Below, piece after piece: positions 44,251 through 53,307 of a DNA stretch of 64,000 bases. How positions within the stretch are numbered: position 1 is the first letter of the stretch; each line of letters begins with the position of its first letter. The notes beneath the pieces are model-generated. The model was not told the DNA's origin, did no database searches, and worked only from the letters and a program-made list of their open reading frames with translations. The stretch is taken from assembly GCA_023134715.1 (NCBI GenBank), contig JAGLUP010000002.1, forward strand, positions 79,906 through 143,905. Reading direction: 5' to 3'. The DNA is from Candidatus Parcubacteria bacterium (lineage in GTDB: Bacteria > Patescibacteriota > Minisyncoccia > Minisyncoccales > JAGLUP01). Made by a program: the position numbers and the translations under genes.

Positions 44251-44280
44251 ATACTTTACCTGCGGCCGCAGGTAAAGTAT
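44251..44280. repeat. 30-nt perfect palindrome with a central GCGGCCGC
   Basis: ATACTTTACCTGCGGCCGCAGGTAAAGTAT. Confidence 0.8.
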
Positions 44281-44331
44281 AATAATTTTAAAAACTTCGA
44301 ATATCAGCAATATTTTTATATTCTGTTAGGT

Positions 44332-44374
44332 CGGCTTTTAGTAAAGCCGGTTTTTTGGTAGAATAAAGTATATG
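44332..44374 (+). promoter_or_regulatory. hairpin plus TTTTTTGGTAGAAT module with a leaderless 18-codon sORF
   Basis: CGGCTT-ttagta-AAGCCG, T6, GGTAGAAT (-10 at 44359-64), 7 nt, ATG 44372 (MDYMNNLKNKLEYKKEGH*, to 44428). Confidence 0.5.
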
Positions 44375-44511
44375 GATTATATGAATAATTTAAAAAATAA
44401 ACTTGAATACAAAAAAGAAGGGCATTAACCTTCGGACGAACCTTAGGTGTGTCCCTTCATCGTGATGTTTTTATTATATTAAATTACAAGACATATTGTC
44501 AATAGCTATCA

Positions 44512-45261
44512 ATGAAATCTGTTATTCAATTAAAAAAAGAGTTAAAAAAAATATCCAGTCCTGAGCAGGCGAAAATTTCTGAACGGTTTTGTAAAACTGG
44601 AAAAGGCGAATATGCTGAAGGAGAAATTTTCCTGGGAATTAAGGTTCCAGACCAAAGAAAAATTTCCAGCAATTATCAAAATCTTTCTTTAAAAGAAATA
44701 GGCCGGCTGCTTGATAGTAAAATCCATGAATATCGCCTTACTGCTTTATTTATTCTGATTAAAAAATATGAAAAAGCAGATGCTCAAGAAAAAAAGAAAA
44801 TCTTTGATTTTTATTTAAAACAAACTAAAAATATAAATAACTGGGGTTTAGTGGATATTTCCGCTCCAAAAATTGTCGGAGATTATCTTTTAGATAATCC
44901 TCGCGATGTTTTATATAAACTCGCAAAATCCCCGCCCAAGGCGGGTCCCCGACGAGTCGGGGAAAAAAATCTGTGGGAGAAAAGAATCGCGATAATAGCG
45001 TGTTTTACTTTTATAAAAAATAATGATTTTAAGGACGCATTAAAAATCTCTAAAATACTTATTAAAGATGAACACGATTTAATTCATAAAGCAGTTGGCT
45101 GGATGCTGAGGGAAGTTGGAAAAAGAAACCAACAAATAGAAGAAGAATTTTTAAAAAAACACTGCAAGCAAATGCCGAGAGTTATGTTGAGATACTCTAT
45201 TGAAAAATTTGATGAAGACAAAAGAAAATTTTATATGAAGTTTTCCACTGGTAAATTATAA
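44512..45261 (+). CDS. DNA alkylation repair protein (AlkD/AlkC-type HEAT-like repeat glycosylase family)
   Basis: HEYRLTALFILI, NNWGLVDISAPKIVGDYL, LWEKRIAIIA, IHKAVGWMLREVGK. Confidence 0.75.
   Translation: MKSVIQLKKELKKISSPEQAKISERFCKTGKGEYAEGEIFLGIKVPDQRKISSNYQNLSLKEIGRLLDSKIHEYRLTALFILIKKYEKADAQEKKKIFDFYLKQTKNINNWGLVDISAPKIVGDYLLDNPRDVLYKLAKSPPKAGPRRVGEKNLWEKRIAIIACFTFIKNNDFKDALKISKILIKDEHDLIHKAVGWMLREVGKRNQQIEEEFLKKHCKQMPRVMLRYSIEKFDEDKRKFYMKFSTGKL
44931..44963. repeat. 33-nt GC-rich tandem double hairpin, in frame inside the alkD-like gene
   Basis: CCCGCC-caa-GGCGGG then TCCCCGAC-ga-GTCGGGGA; 11 codons; falls within SPPKAGPRRVGEKN. Confidence 0.75.
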
Positions 45262-45282
45262 AAAAAGTGTTAATCTAAATAA

Positions 45283-48200
45283 ATGTACGAGCAATTCTCT
45301 AATCTTGATCAACCCGAAAAAATATCGCGCTCTAAAAAATCAAAGATTTTTGCTTTGATTGCAATAGCCGCTTTGATAATTGGCGGTTTTTATTTTTGGA
45401 GTAAAAAACAAGAAACAGCTAAACCATATATCCAGGGCTATCGTCTGGTTAATGAAAAAATTTCGCAATCAGCCGCAATCGCAATTTACCTGCCAGACGG
45501 TCTTGAAAAATCAAACACTGAAAAAAATATTGAATTCTTTCCAGAGATTGAAGGCAATTGGCTAAAATCTGACCAAGGAAGAGAGATTATTTTCAAACCA
45601 AAAGAAAAACTGGAGCTAAACAGGTATTATTCGGTAGAACTAACATTAAGTCAATTAGATGAAATCTCTGCCCAATCCATCCAATTTGTCTCAGCTCAAT
45701 CAGAAGCAGGGGAAAGCATTATTAAAGCTGATTTTCTGGTAGTTGAAAATCCAGAGATAATTGCTATTTTTCCCAAAGAAAATTCAGAAGCGCCGGAAAA
45801 TTCAGAAATTACCATTGTTTTTAACCGACCAATGGTGCCTTTAACTACTCTTGGCTATTTGGAAGAAAAAGATATCCCTGTGGAGATTACTCCGGCAACC
45901 GAAGGAAGATTTAAATGGATTACTACAAGAAATTTACAATTTATTCCCAAAGAACGACTAAAAAGAGCTTCTAATTATAAAGTTAAAATAAAATCAGGAA
46001 TGGTCTCAATGGACAATTTAGAAGTAAGAGGGCAAGAAATTGAATTTTTTACGAGAAAACTAAGATATCTTAATTTGACACAAGGCAGAATCATTTACAA
46101 CCAGCCCATTTCTATTTATTTTAATCAGCCAGTGGATTTAGAAAAAATTAAAAATGAAATATCATTAGAAAATATTACTACCGGAGAAAAAACGCCATTT
46201 ATTATTGAATATGCTGAAGGACAAAACCAAAATGAACTTAAAGAAAAAAAGGACGAAGTATTTGGAAATATAAATATTTCTGATGTAACCGCCGCTGTAT
46301 TTAATAAACTTGGATTTGAGTGGCCTTTTAATAAAGATGAAAAAGAAAAACAAGCCAATGAATCAATAATCCGAATTTATAACAAAAAAGATAAATTTGG
46401 CAGAGAAAAATTTTGGGATTTTGCGAATAGCTACTCTTTAAAAATAAATAAATCCTATCCTATTGAGGGAGATATTATATTGAATGAAATGCGAATTGTT
46501 AATGTTAATGTATCAGATGTTATTGAGAGAATTAGCGCTGAATCAGAAAGAACTAAATATGCCGCTCCTGATTTTTTTGACCCTCAAGGAAAGCTCTGGA
46601 TAAATTTTTATGAAGAAATTGATTTAAATAAAAGTGAAATTAATGTCCAAAAACTAAAGCATATTGGTTACGGAGAAAAATGTAAAGACGAAACGCAAAC
46701 AATTTCCAGTAATATAGAATGTGAAAAAATAGCAGACAAGAAAAAAATCCTTATAACCTTTGAACAGGAAAAAATAGGATTAGGGGAAACATTAGAAATC
46801 AATTTTAAGAAAATAGTTAATCTTTCCAACCTTACTATAAACAGAGAACCAATTATAAAACACATTATTTCTTATCCAAAGTTTAAGCTCTTAAAAACTT
46901 CTCCTGAAAATAATTCAAGCCAGACAAATCTTACTGAATTTATTATTTGCAGCAACTCTCCTATTTCAGCTCCTGCCAGAGAGGATTATAAAAATTATCT
47001 TAAAGCTAATTTAGATTATGAGATAAATTATTGGGGAAATTCCTGGAGGGTCGGTTATATATCTTCGCGTGAAGTATGCGATATAGATGAATTCCACACC
47101 AGCATTAAATATGGATTAATGCCTCTGGCTGATTATTCTTTAGAATTAAAATTAGAAGATGTTTTTGAACAAAAACTTTCACGCTCTTTAAAATTTTCTA
47201 CCGGCGCAATGCCAAGCTTTCATTTGAATTTTTATCATTTACAGAAAAATTATAATGTAACTTCGCCTGAAAAAACCAAGCTTACCTACGCTGCAGAAAA
47301 TATGGATTATGTGAATATAGAAATTTGTAAATTAAGTCCTTTAAATTTTCTCTATTATTTAGATAAAAAACCTAAGTATTATGAATCTGGCAGAAGTATT
47401 TTAAATTGCCAAGAGATTGTCAGAGATAAAATTTATCTGCCGGAAAAATACTGGATTAAAAATTATTTTAAAATAGATATCAATGATTATTTTAAGGAAC
47501 CTCTTGGCCATTATATTCTAACTCTTTCTCATCCTAATTATAGAAGACAATGGGGTGAAAAGCGTCAAGTTTATGAAAGAAGCTATTTAACTATAACTAA
47601 TTTAGCAGTGGCTGAGAAAAAAATTAATTCTCAATACGCAAATTATGGAACAAATGAGACCTTAAACGCAAAACAATTAAACGAACTTCGCAATTTTTAT
47701 TGGGTAACTAATCTTGATAATTTAGAGCCGGTTCCCAACGCTTCAATAAAGCTTTATCAAAAAAACTTAACTCCGGCAGGAACTTATACCACCAATGACA
47801 AGGGAATTGCTCTTACTCAAGTAATTACAGATTTACAAGGGGTGATTATAAGCAAAGGGAAAGACAGTACTGTTATTCCTCGTTATGAAAGCAGATTAGA
47901 TTATGCAAGCAGCGCGTTTTCCGCTAAAAAGATTTATTTATACACTGATAAGCCGATTTATCGCCCGGGTCAGGAAGTTTTTCTTAAGGGCATTTATAGA
48001 ATCGGCTATGATGGGAGCTATGAAATTTATTCAGGAAAGAAAGTTAATTTAAAAGTTTATAACAGCAAAGGCGATGAAATTTTAAATAAGGATTTAGAAA
48101 TTAATGATTTTGGCACATTGAACACCAACCTTATTCTGGACAAAGGAGCTCCTCTGGGAATGTACCGAGCATGTATAGATAAATTTAGCTGTATTTATTT

Positions 48201-51200
48201 TGATATTCAAGAATATGTTCCGGCTCCTTTTGAAATAAAAATTGAAACTGATGAACAAGAATATATTTCTAAAGATACGGTAGATTTAGAAATAGAGGCA
48301 AATTATTATTTTGGAGTGCCGTTGGAAGGAGGAACAGTAAGCTATACTATTAGCAGCCAGGATTATTATTTTGACCGTTTTTCTAACGGCTGGTTTAATT
48401 TTGGTTCCGGATGGTATTATCGCTATCCTCATTATTACGGCGAAAAATTTATTTTAAGAAACGAAACATCTCTTGACGCTAATGGCAAAGCGAAAATTTC
48501 CCAGTTATTTGATTTGCAAAAACTTTTTAAGAATAAAGAAGACAGGAAAAGTAAAATTATTGTAGTTGATATAACAATAAGAAATCCTCAAGGCCAAAGT
48601 GTTTCCGCTCAAAAATCTTTTATTGTGCATAACGGCGAATTTTATTTAGGTCTAAAAGCTGACAAATCATTTGGGCCGAAGAATGAAAAATTTAATCTGA
48701 AAATAAAAACAGTTGATACTCAAGGCAAGGAGACCAAAATAAAAAATATTACCTTGAATCTTTATAAAGTAAAGTGGATTTACAATAAAAGATTGGGCTC
48801 AGACGGCGGCTATCATTATGAATGGGAAAAACAAAAGGACTTAGTTAAGACCTATAATTTTAATACAAATAATCAAGGAAACTTTACTCAGGAATTGAAG
48901 ATAAGCCAAGAGGGAAGTTATGAGGCAGAGGCAGAAGCAGAAGATAAAAGAGGCAATTTAATTTCGAGCTCGTATAATCTTTATATCTATGGCGCAAAAC
49001 AGGTGAGCATTAAACCGACTAAAGATACTAAATTAGAAATTGAAGCTGAAAAAACTGATTTAAAAGTAGGAGAAACAGCAAAAATTATAATTAAATCCCC
49101 TTATGAAAAAGCTAAGGCCCTTATTTCGATTGAAAGAGGTAAAATCTTTGATTATGAAATAAAAAATATAAAAGGCAACCTTTATAGCTATGAATTTAAA
49201 ATTAAAGAAGAGCATCTGCCAAATGTTTATGTTTCGGTTTTACTTCTTTCTTCTGAACCGGAAATTAAATTTGGGAAAATTGAATTTAAAATCAATACCG
49301 AGAGAAAAGAACTTAACATAGAGGTTAAGTCCAATAAAACACAATATTTGCCCGGAGAAAAGGTAGCTTTGGATATATTAGTAAAAGATTATAAAGGCAG
49401 ACCTGTTTCCGCGGAGCTTTCTCTGGCAGTGGTAGATCTTAGCGTTTTAGCTCTTAAAGGTAATCCTAAAAAAAATCCTTTAATATTTTTCTATGGCGGT
49501 TTTCCATTAACCGTTTCTACCGCTTCAAATATTAAAAACATTTTAATAGAATTTCCAATTGCGACTAAAGGCGGAGGAGGAGGGGCAGATGAAGCGCTGG
49601 CTAAGAAAAAACGTGGAATATTTAAAGAAACAGCGTTCTGGCAAGCAGTAGTCAGGACCGATGAAAATGGGAAGGCCTTAGTTGAATTTATTCTGCCTGA
49701 CAATCTTACCACCTGGCAGGCCGAAACAATAGGATTAACCAAAGATACCAAGTTTGGCGTTAATTACCAGGAATTTCTTACTAAAAAAGAATTAATGCTG
49801 GTTCCTTTAAAACCTCGGTTTGTGGTTCCGGGAGACACTTTTTACATAGGAGCAAAAATATTTAATCAAAGCAAAGATAAGCAAAAATTAAACGTTAAAT
49901 TTGACAGCCAAACCTTAATTTTAGAAAACGATAAAATAGAAAAGAAAATTACAATCAATTCAAATAAGACCGATACTGTTTATTTCCAAATAAAAGCGCC
50001 TCCTCAATTTGAAATCGGAGAACACAAATTTATTCTTTCTGTTAAAAACCAAAAGTTAGAAGATACGGTGGAGCAATCAATTAATATCACGAGAAATAAT
50101 ACGTATGAAGTTACGGCTACGGCTAATTATACTCAAAACAATGTCAGCAAAGAATATGTTTTTCTTCCTGACGATATAGTTAAAGATAGAGGCAACCTTT
50201 CTTTAAAAGCCAGCGCTACTTTGGCTGTGTTCCTTTCTGATTCTCTTAACTACTTGTTAAAATATCCTTATGGCTGTTCAGAGCAAATAGCCAGTAAATT
50301 AAACGCGATTGCCATTGTCCAAAAAGGCCTTAACCTGCCGAATATCAGTGATAAATTTAACTTGGAAAAAATCAAATATAGGGATAAAGAATATTCTATA
50401 CCAGAAGTAGTAGAAATTGGGCTGGCTGAACTTTATAACAACCAGCGAAGCGACGGGGGATTCTCTTATTGGAAACACGGAAAATCTGATTTTTATTTAA
50501 CCCTGCATTTAACAGATACGCTTCATAATCTTTCTTTGGCTGGATTTGAAATTAATCAAAACAGCTTAGAAAGAGCGGCTGATTATCTTGACAAAGAAAT
50601 CAGAAAAGGAAAATGGAAATATGAAAATGAATCGCAATATAAAAATAGGATAATTTTAACTTCTTATACTTTATTTAGGTTGCCTAATTTTAAGGATAAC
50701 TACTTTCTAAAACAAAAAATAATTCAAATAGCGCAAAATGATTTATTTATCCAAGAGCAAATAAGCAATAATAGTTTGGCTTATCTTGCAATATTATCAA
50801 CAAAAGATTTTGACGCGAATTTAAAAAATAAAATTTTTACTGTCTTAGATAATAGAATTAATATAGATTCCAGAGGCGCTTTCCTTGAAACCAATAAAAA
50901 TATAATTTGGCGATATTATGAAACTTCAATTAAAAATACAGCGCTGTATTTAAAAGCGCTTGCCGTTGACAAAAGAGATAACCAAATTTTAGATAAAGTT
51001 TTAAGATGGCTTTTAAACAGCAGGGCAAAAGATGGAGCATGGGGCTCAACTAATAACACAATTACTGTTGTTGATTCATTTACTGATTTCTTAGTATGGA
51101 AAAAAGAAACTGAATCAAACTTTGGTTTAGATTTATTTATTAATGAACAAAAACAGGGCGATTTTAATTTCAATCCAGAAACAATCTTAGACCAATTTAG

Positions 51201-51789
51201 AAAAAAGATTTCTTTGTCAGATTTAAAATTTGGTAAAAATAATACTATTGAATTTTTAAAAACTAATCACAATAATCTACCTAATAATCTTTATTATGAC
51301 TTGGCTTTGAAATATTATCTTCCTGCTGACCAAATTCCTCCTCGAGATGAAGGATTTAGCATCAGTAAAGAGTTTTATAAATTAGATGATAAAGAAAACA
51401 AAAACCCGCTGAGAGAAGCCAAAGTAGGAGATGTTCTTAGGGGACATATTCAAATAACAATACCGACATCCAGAAATTTTACGGCTATTGAAGATTATAT
51501 TCCGGCTGGAATGGAAATTGTTAATCTAAGTTTAGCAACTGAAGAAAAATCTTTAAGATTACAAGAAAAAGAATTACAAGGAAGAGAGCTGCGTCCTGAT
51601 TTTAAGGAAATCCGCGATGACAGAGTTTTCCTTTTCAAAGAAACTCTTAAGCCAGGGGTATATGAATTTGATTATTATGTAAGGGCCTTAATAAAGGGCA
51701 AATTTATTCATTTGCCTGCAATAGCTTCAGAAATGTATTTTCCGGAAAACTTTGGCCGAACCGCCGGAACATATTTTGAAATAAAATAG
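45283..51789 (+). CDS. bacterial alpha-2-macroglobulin family protein with thioester motif
   Basis: 2168 aa, N-terminal anchor, repeated Ig-like MG-type regions, YPYGCSEQIASKL (CxEQ thioester). Confidence 0.85.
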   Translation: MYEQFSNLDQPEKISRSKKSKIFALIAIAALIIGGFYFWSKKQETAKPYIQGYRLVNEKISQSAAIAIYLPDGLEKSNTEKNIEFFPEIEGNWLKSDQGREIIFKPKEKLELNRYYSVELTLSQLDEISAQSIQFVSAQSEAGESIIKADFLVVENPEIIAIFPKENSEAPENSEITIVFNRPMVPLTTLGYLEEKDIPVEITPATEGRFKWITTRNLQFIPKERLKRASNYKVKIKSGMVSMDNLEVRGQEIEFFTRKLRYLNLTQGRIIYNQPISIYFNQPVDLEKIKNEISLENITTGEKTPFIIEYAEGQNQNELKEKKDEVFGNINISDVTAAVFNKLGFEWPFNKDEKEKQANESIIRIYNKKDKFGREKFWDFANSYSLKINKSYPIEGDIILNEMRIVNVNVSDVIERISAESERTKYAAPDFFDPQGKLWINFYEEIDLNKSEINVQKLKHIGYGEKCKDETQTISSNIECEKIADKKKILITFEQEKIGLGETLEINFKKIVNLSNLTINREPIIKHIISYPKFKLLKTSPENNSSQTNLTEFIICSNSPISAPAREDYKNYLKANLDYEINYWGNSWRVGYISSREVCDIDEFHTSIKYGLMPLADYSLELKLEDVFEQKLSRSLKFSTGAMPSFHLNFYHLQKNYNVTSPEKTKLTYAAENMDYVNIEICKLSPLNFLYYLDKKPKYYESGRSILNCQEIVRDKIYLPEKYWIKNYFKIDINDYFKEPLGHYILTLSHPNYRRQWGEKRQVYERSYLTITNLAVAEKKINSQYANYGTNETLNAKQLNELRNFYWVTNLDNLEPVPNASIKLYQKNLTPAGTYTTNDKGIALTQVITDLQGVIISKGKDSTVIPRYESRLDYASSAFSAKKIYLYTDKPIYRPGQEVFLKGIYRIGYDGSYEIYSGKKVNLKVYNSKGDEILNKDLEINDFGTLNTNLILDKGAPLGMYRACIDKFSCIYFDIQEYVPAPFEIKIETDEQEYISKDTVDLEIEANYYFGVPLEGGTVSYTISSQDYYFDRFSNGWFNFGSGWYYRYPHYYGEKFILRNETSLDANGKAKISQLFDLQKLFKNKEDRKSKIIVVDITIRNPQGQSVSAQKSFIVHNGEFYLGLKADKSFGPKNEKFNLKIKTVDTQGKETKIKNITLNLYKVKWIYNKRLGSDGGYHYEWEKQKDLVKTYNFNTNNQGNFTQELKISQEGSYEAEAEAEDKRGNLISSSYNLYIYGAKQVSIKPTKDTKLEIEAEKTDLKVGETAKIIIKSPYEKAKALISIERGKIFDYEIKNIKGNLYSYEFKIKEEHLPNVYVSVLLLSSEPEIKFGKIEFKINTERKELNIEVKSNKTQYLPGEKVALDILVKDYKGRPVSAELSLAVVDLSVLALKGNPKKNPLIFFYGGFPLTVSTASNIKNILIEFPIATKGGGGGADEALAKKKRGIFKETAFWQAVVRTDENGKALVEFILPDNLTTWQAETIGLTKDTKFGVNYQEFLTKKELMLVPLKPRFVVPGDTFYIGAKIFNQSKDKQKLNVKFDSQTLILENDKIEKKITINSNKTDTVYFQIKAPPQFEIGEHKFILSVKNQKLEDTVEQSINITRNNTYEVTATANYTQNNVSKEYVFLPDDIVKDRGNLSLKASATLAVFLSDSLNYLLKYPYGCSEQIASKLNAIAIVQKGLNLPNISDKFNLEKIKYRDKEYSIPEVVEIGLAELYNNQRSDGGFSYWKHGKSDFYLTLHLTDTLHNLSLAGFEINQNSLERAADYLDKEIRKGKWKYENESQYKNRIILTSYTLFRLPNFKDNYFLKQKIIQIAQNDLFIQEQISNNSLAYLAILSTKDFDANLKNKIFTVLDNRINIDSRGAFLETNKNIIWRYYETSIKNTALYLKALAVDKRDNQILDKVLRWLLNSRAKDGAWGSTNNTITVVDSFTDFLVWKKETESNFGLDLFINEQKQGDFNFNPETILDQFRKKISLSDLKFGKNNTIEFLKTNHNNLPNNLYYDLALKYYLPADQIPPRDEGFSISKEFYKLDDKENKNPLREAKVGDVLRGHIQITIPTSRNFTAIEDYIPAGMEIVNLSLATEEKSLRLQEKELQGRELRPDFKEIRDDRVFLFKETLKPGVYEFDYYVRALIKGKFIHLPAIASEMYFPENFGRTAGTYFEIK

Positions 51790-51792
51790 CTT

Positions 51793-51813
51793 CCACGGAG
51801 CTTAGCTCCGTGG
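51793..51813 (+). terminator. hairpin after the macroglobulin gene
   Basis: CCACGGAGC-tta-GCTCCGTGG; no T-run. Confidence 0.4.
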
Positions 51814-51823
51814 GTCCAAGCTA

Positions 51824-51926
51824 TTGACAAATTTCGCTTTTATGGTATAATTATAAATATTAGGAGAGAGAAACTGATTTTAATTATTCACGAAAAACAG
51901 ACCTCTCCTTTGGATGTCTGTTTTTC
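51824..51926 (+). ncRNA. promoter plus short terminated transcript (sRNA or attenuator)
   Basis: TTGACA (51824-29), 16 nt, TGgTATAAT (51846-51). AGGAGAG (51862-68) is complementary to CTCTCCT (51903-09), which lies in the loop of the terminator AAAAACAGAC/GTCTGTTTTT (51893-925). Confidence 0.45.
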
Positions 51927-51938
51927 TTTATCTCTCAT

Positions 51939-52124
51939 CAGCTCTTTGAAACAAAAAAATAACCCGTCAAAAGTCCTTCGGGCAATTAGGCGGGCAAAAA
52001 AGAAAGAGAAACCCGCCTTTGTTTAAACTTCGGCGAGGCAAGGCATTCTCCTGCTGATTGAGGTTCTAATTTTTGGACCCCAGCCAGCAGGAGAATGATA
52101 TTTTATCCCTGCGAGGTGAAAAAG
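51939..52124 (+). promoter_or_regulatory. conserved structured leader, cassette A
   Basis: 74 nt identical to 52655-52728. CTCCTGCTG (52048-56) pairs with CAGCAGGAG (52085-93) and GGTTC/GGACC lies inside. SD GAGGTG. Confidence 0.6.
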
Positions 52125-52496
52125 ATGGAATTACGTAATTTAATAGAAAGGGCAACCATTGCAGGATTGATTAAATGGGAACCTACAGAAGAGCAAGAAG
52201 TAAGAGAGAATGGTCGTATAATGCGAGGATATAAGGCAAATGTCGGAAACTTTGAGATTCGAACTATTGTTCGAAAAACTAAAAAGAAATCTTTTTGGGG
52301 TCCCACTTTTGTTTATGGAGTTGCTATAAAAGATAACTCAGGAAGAGAGAAAATTTTGACTAGTGACCCGAAAGAGCTTCCCGGAAAAAAAGAAGAATAT
52401 ATTTGCGTTATTGTATGGGGAGTCCAGCATGAGGTAGAAAATAAAGACTTGCTTACTGCCATTAAACAACAACTAGCCCAAATGACCATGTCTTAA
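52125..52496 (+). CDS. small hypothetical protein (cassette A)
   Basis: ATG 52125 sits 6 nt after the conserved GAGGTG. The track start 52095 lies inside the conserved leader. Confidence 0.5.
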   Translation: MELRNLIERATIAGLIKWEPTEEQEVRENGRIMRGYKANVGNFEIRTIVRKTKKKSFWGPTFVYGVAIKDNSGREKILTSDPKELPGKKEEYICVIVWGVQHEVENKDLLTAIKQQLAQMTMS

Positions 52497-52505
52497 CTTG
52501 ACACA

Positions 52506-52613
52506 CTTTCTCTTTCTTTATTTTTTCGAGCTCAGAATAACAAACTTGATAAGAATTTACCGAGACCCGACCTCGGTAAATTCATAAAAAGTGGGGTTGT
52601 GGGTTGGAAAAAG
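52506..52613 (+). repeat. conserved 3' trailer, cassette A
   Basis: CTTTCTCTTTCTTTATTTTTTCGAG (52506-30); hairpin TTTACCGAG..CTCGGTAAA; GTGGGGTTGTGGGTTGGAAAAAG (52591-613). Confidence 0.65.
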
Positions 52614-52654
52614 CCCTGAACTACATAGAATTCAGGGTAAAGCGAAAATAAAAA

Positions 52655-52866
52655 CAGCTCTTTGAAACAAAAAAATAACCCGTCAAAAGTCCTTCGGGCA
52701 ATTAGGCGGGCAAAAAAGAAAGAGAAACAACCGAGAAGCCATCCCGGTAGACATTTCTGTAGATTGTTCTCCTGCTGATTGAGGTTCTAAATGTAACGAG
52801 AACTGTTCTCGTTACATTGGACCCCAGCCAGCAGGAGGATAATATTATTCCTGCGAGGTGAAAAAG
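52655..52866 (+). promoter_or_regulatory. conserved structured leader, cassette B
   Basis: Same blocks as A. The GGTTC/GGACC helix carries an extra 12-bp perfect hairpin (52791-52817). Confidence 0.6.
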
Positions 52867-53100
52867 ATGGGAGATAAAACGAAAATTACGGGAAAAATGA
52901 CTGAAGAGAGAAAATGGGAAATTGGCTATAAAGCTCTGAAAGAAAAATTTAAGAGTTCTGCGGGCGCTGGACTTATTGGGAAAAATGTTAAAAGAGAAGT
53001 AGGCAATATAAGCCAAGCTATTGAGGTCGACATAGACGAGCTAATGGAGTTTGCGGAAATTATGACCAGAGAGCTTGTCGATGAGACCTATAGCAAATAA
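52867..53100 (+). CDS. small hypothetical protein (cassette B)
   Basis: ATG 52867 sits 6 nt after the conserved GAGGTG; 77 aa; unrelated to the cassette A protein. Confidence 0.5.
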   Translation: MGDKTKITGKMTEERKWEIGYKALKEKFKSSAGAGLIGKNVKREVGNISQAIEVDIDELMEFAEIMTRELVDETYSK

Positions 53101-53230
53101 AAAAACAAAAGAGAAGGCAAGGTTGAAGCGTTGCTTCCTAAAAGGGTAATTGTGCTTCCTTTGTGAAGTATTATCACAAAGCAAAGACAGAACAAGAACC
53201 TCTCCTCCCTTCCTATTATTTTTTTTAAAA

Positions 53231-53289
53231 CTTTTCTCTTTCTTTATTTTTTCGAGTCCATAAACTGTGGGGTTGTGGGTTGGAAAAAG
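53231..53289 (+). repeat. conserved 3' trailer, cassette B
   Basis: CTTTTCTCTTTCTTTATTTTTTCGAG (53231-56) and GTGGGGTTGTGGGTTGGAAAAAG (53267-89). Confidence 0.65.
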
Positions 53290-53307
53290 GTAAAATAAAA
53301 AATAAAT

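Noticed and set aside
49540-49600. GC-rich Gly-run (KGGGGGADEALAKK) in the macroglobulin gene as another palindromic insertion
   Set aside because: The sequence has no inverted-repeat symmetry. It looks like an ordinary Gly-rich linker.
51939-53289. Integron cassettes, a retron or a DGR as the explanation for the repeated flanks
   Set aside because: There is no integrase or reverse transcriptase ORF anywhere in the window and no GTTRRRY core sites at the unit boundaries. The repeats lie outside the ORFs, so they are not a TR/VR pair.
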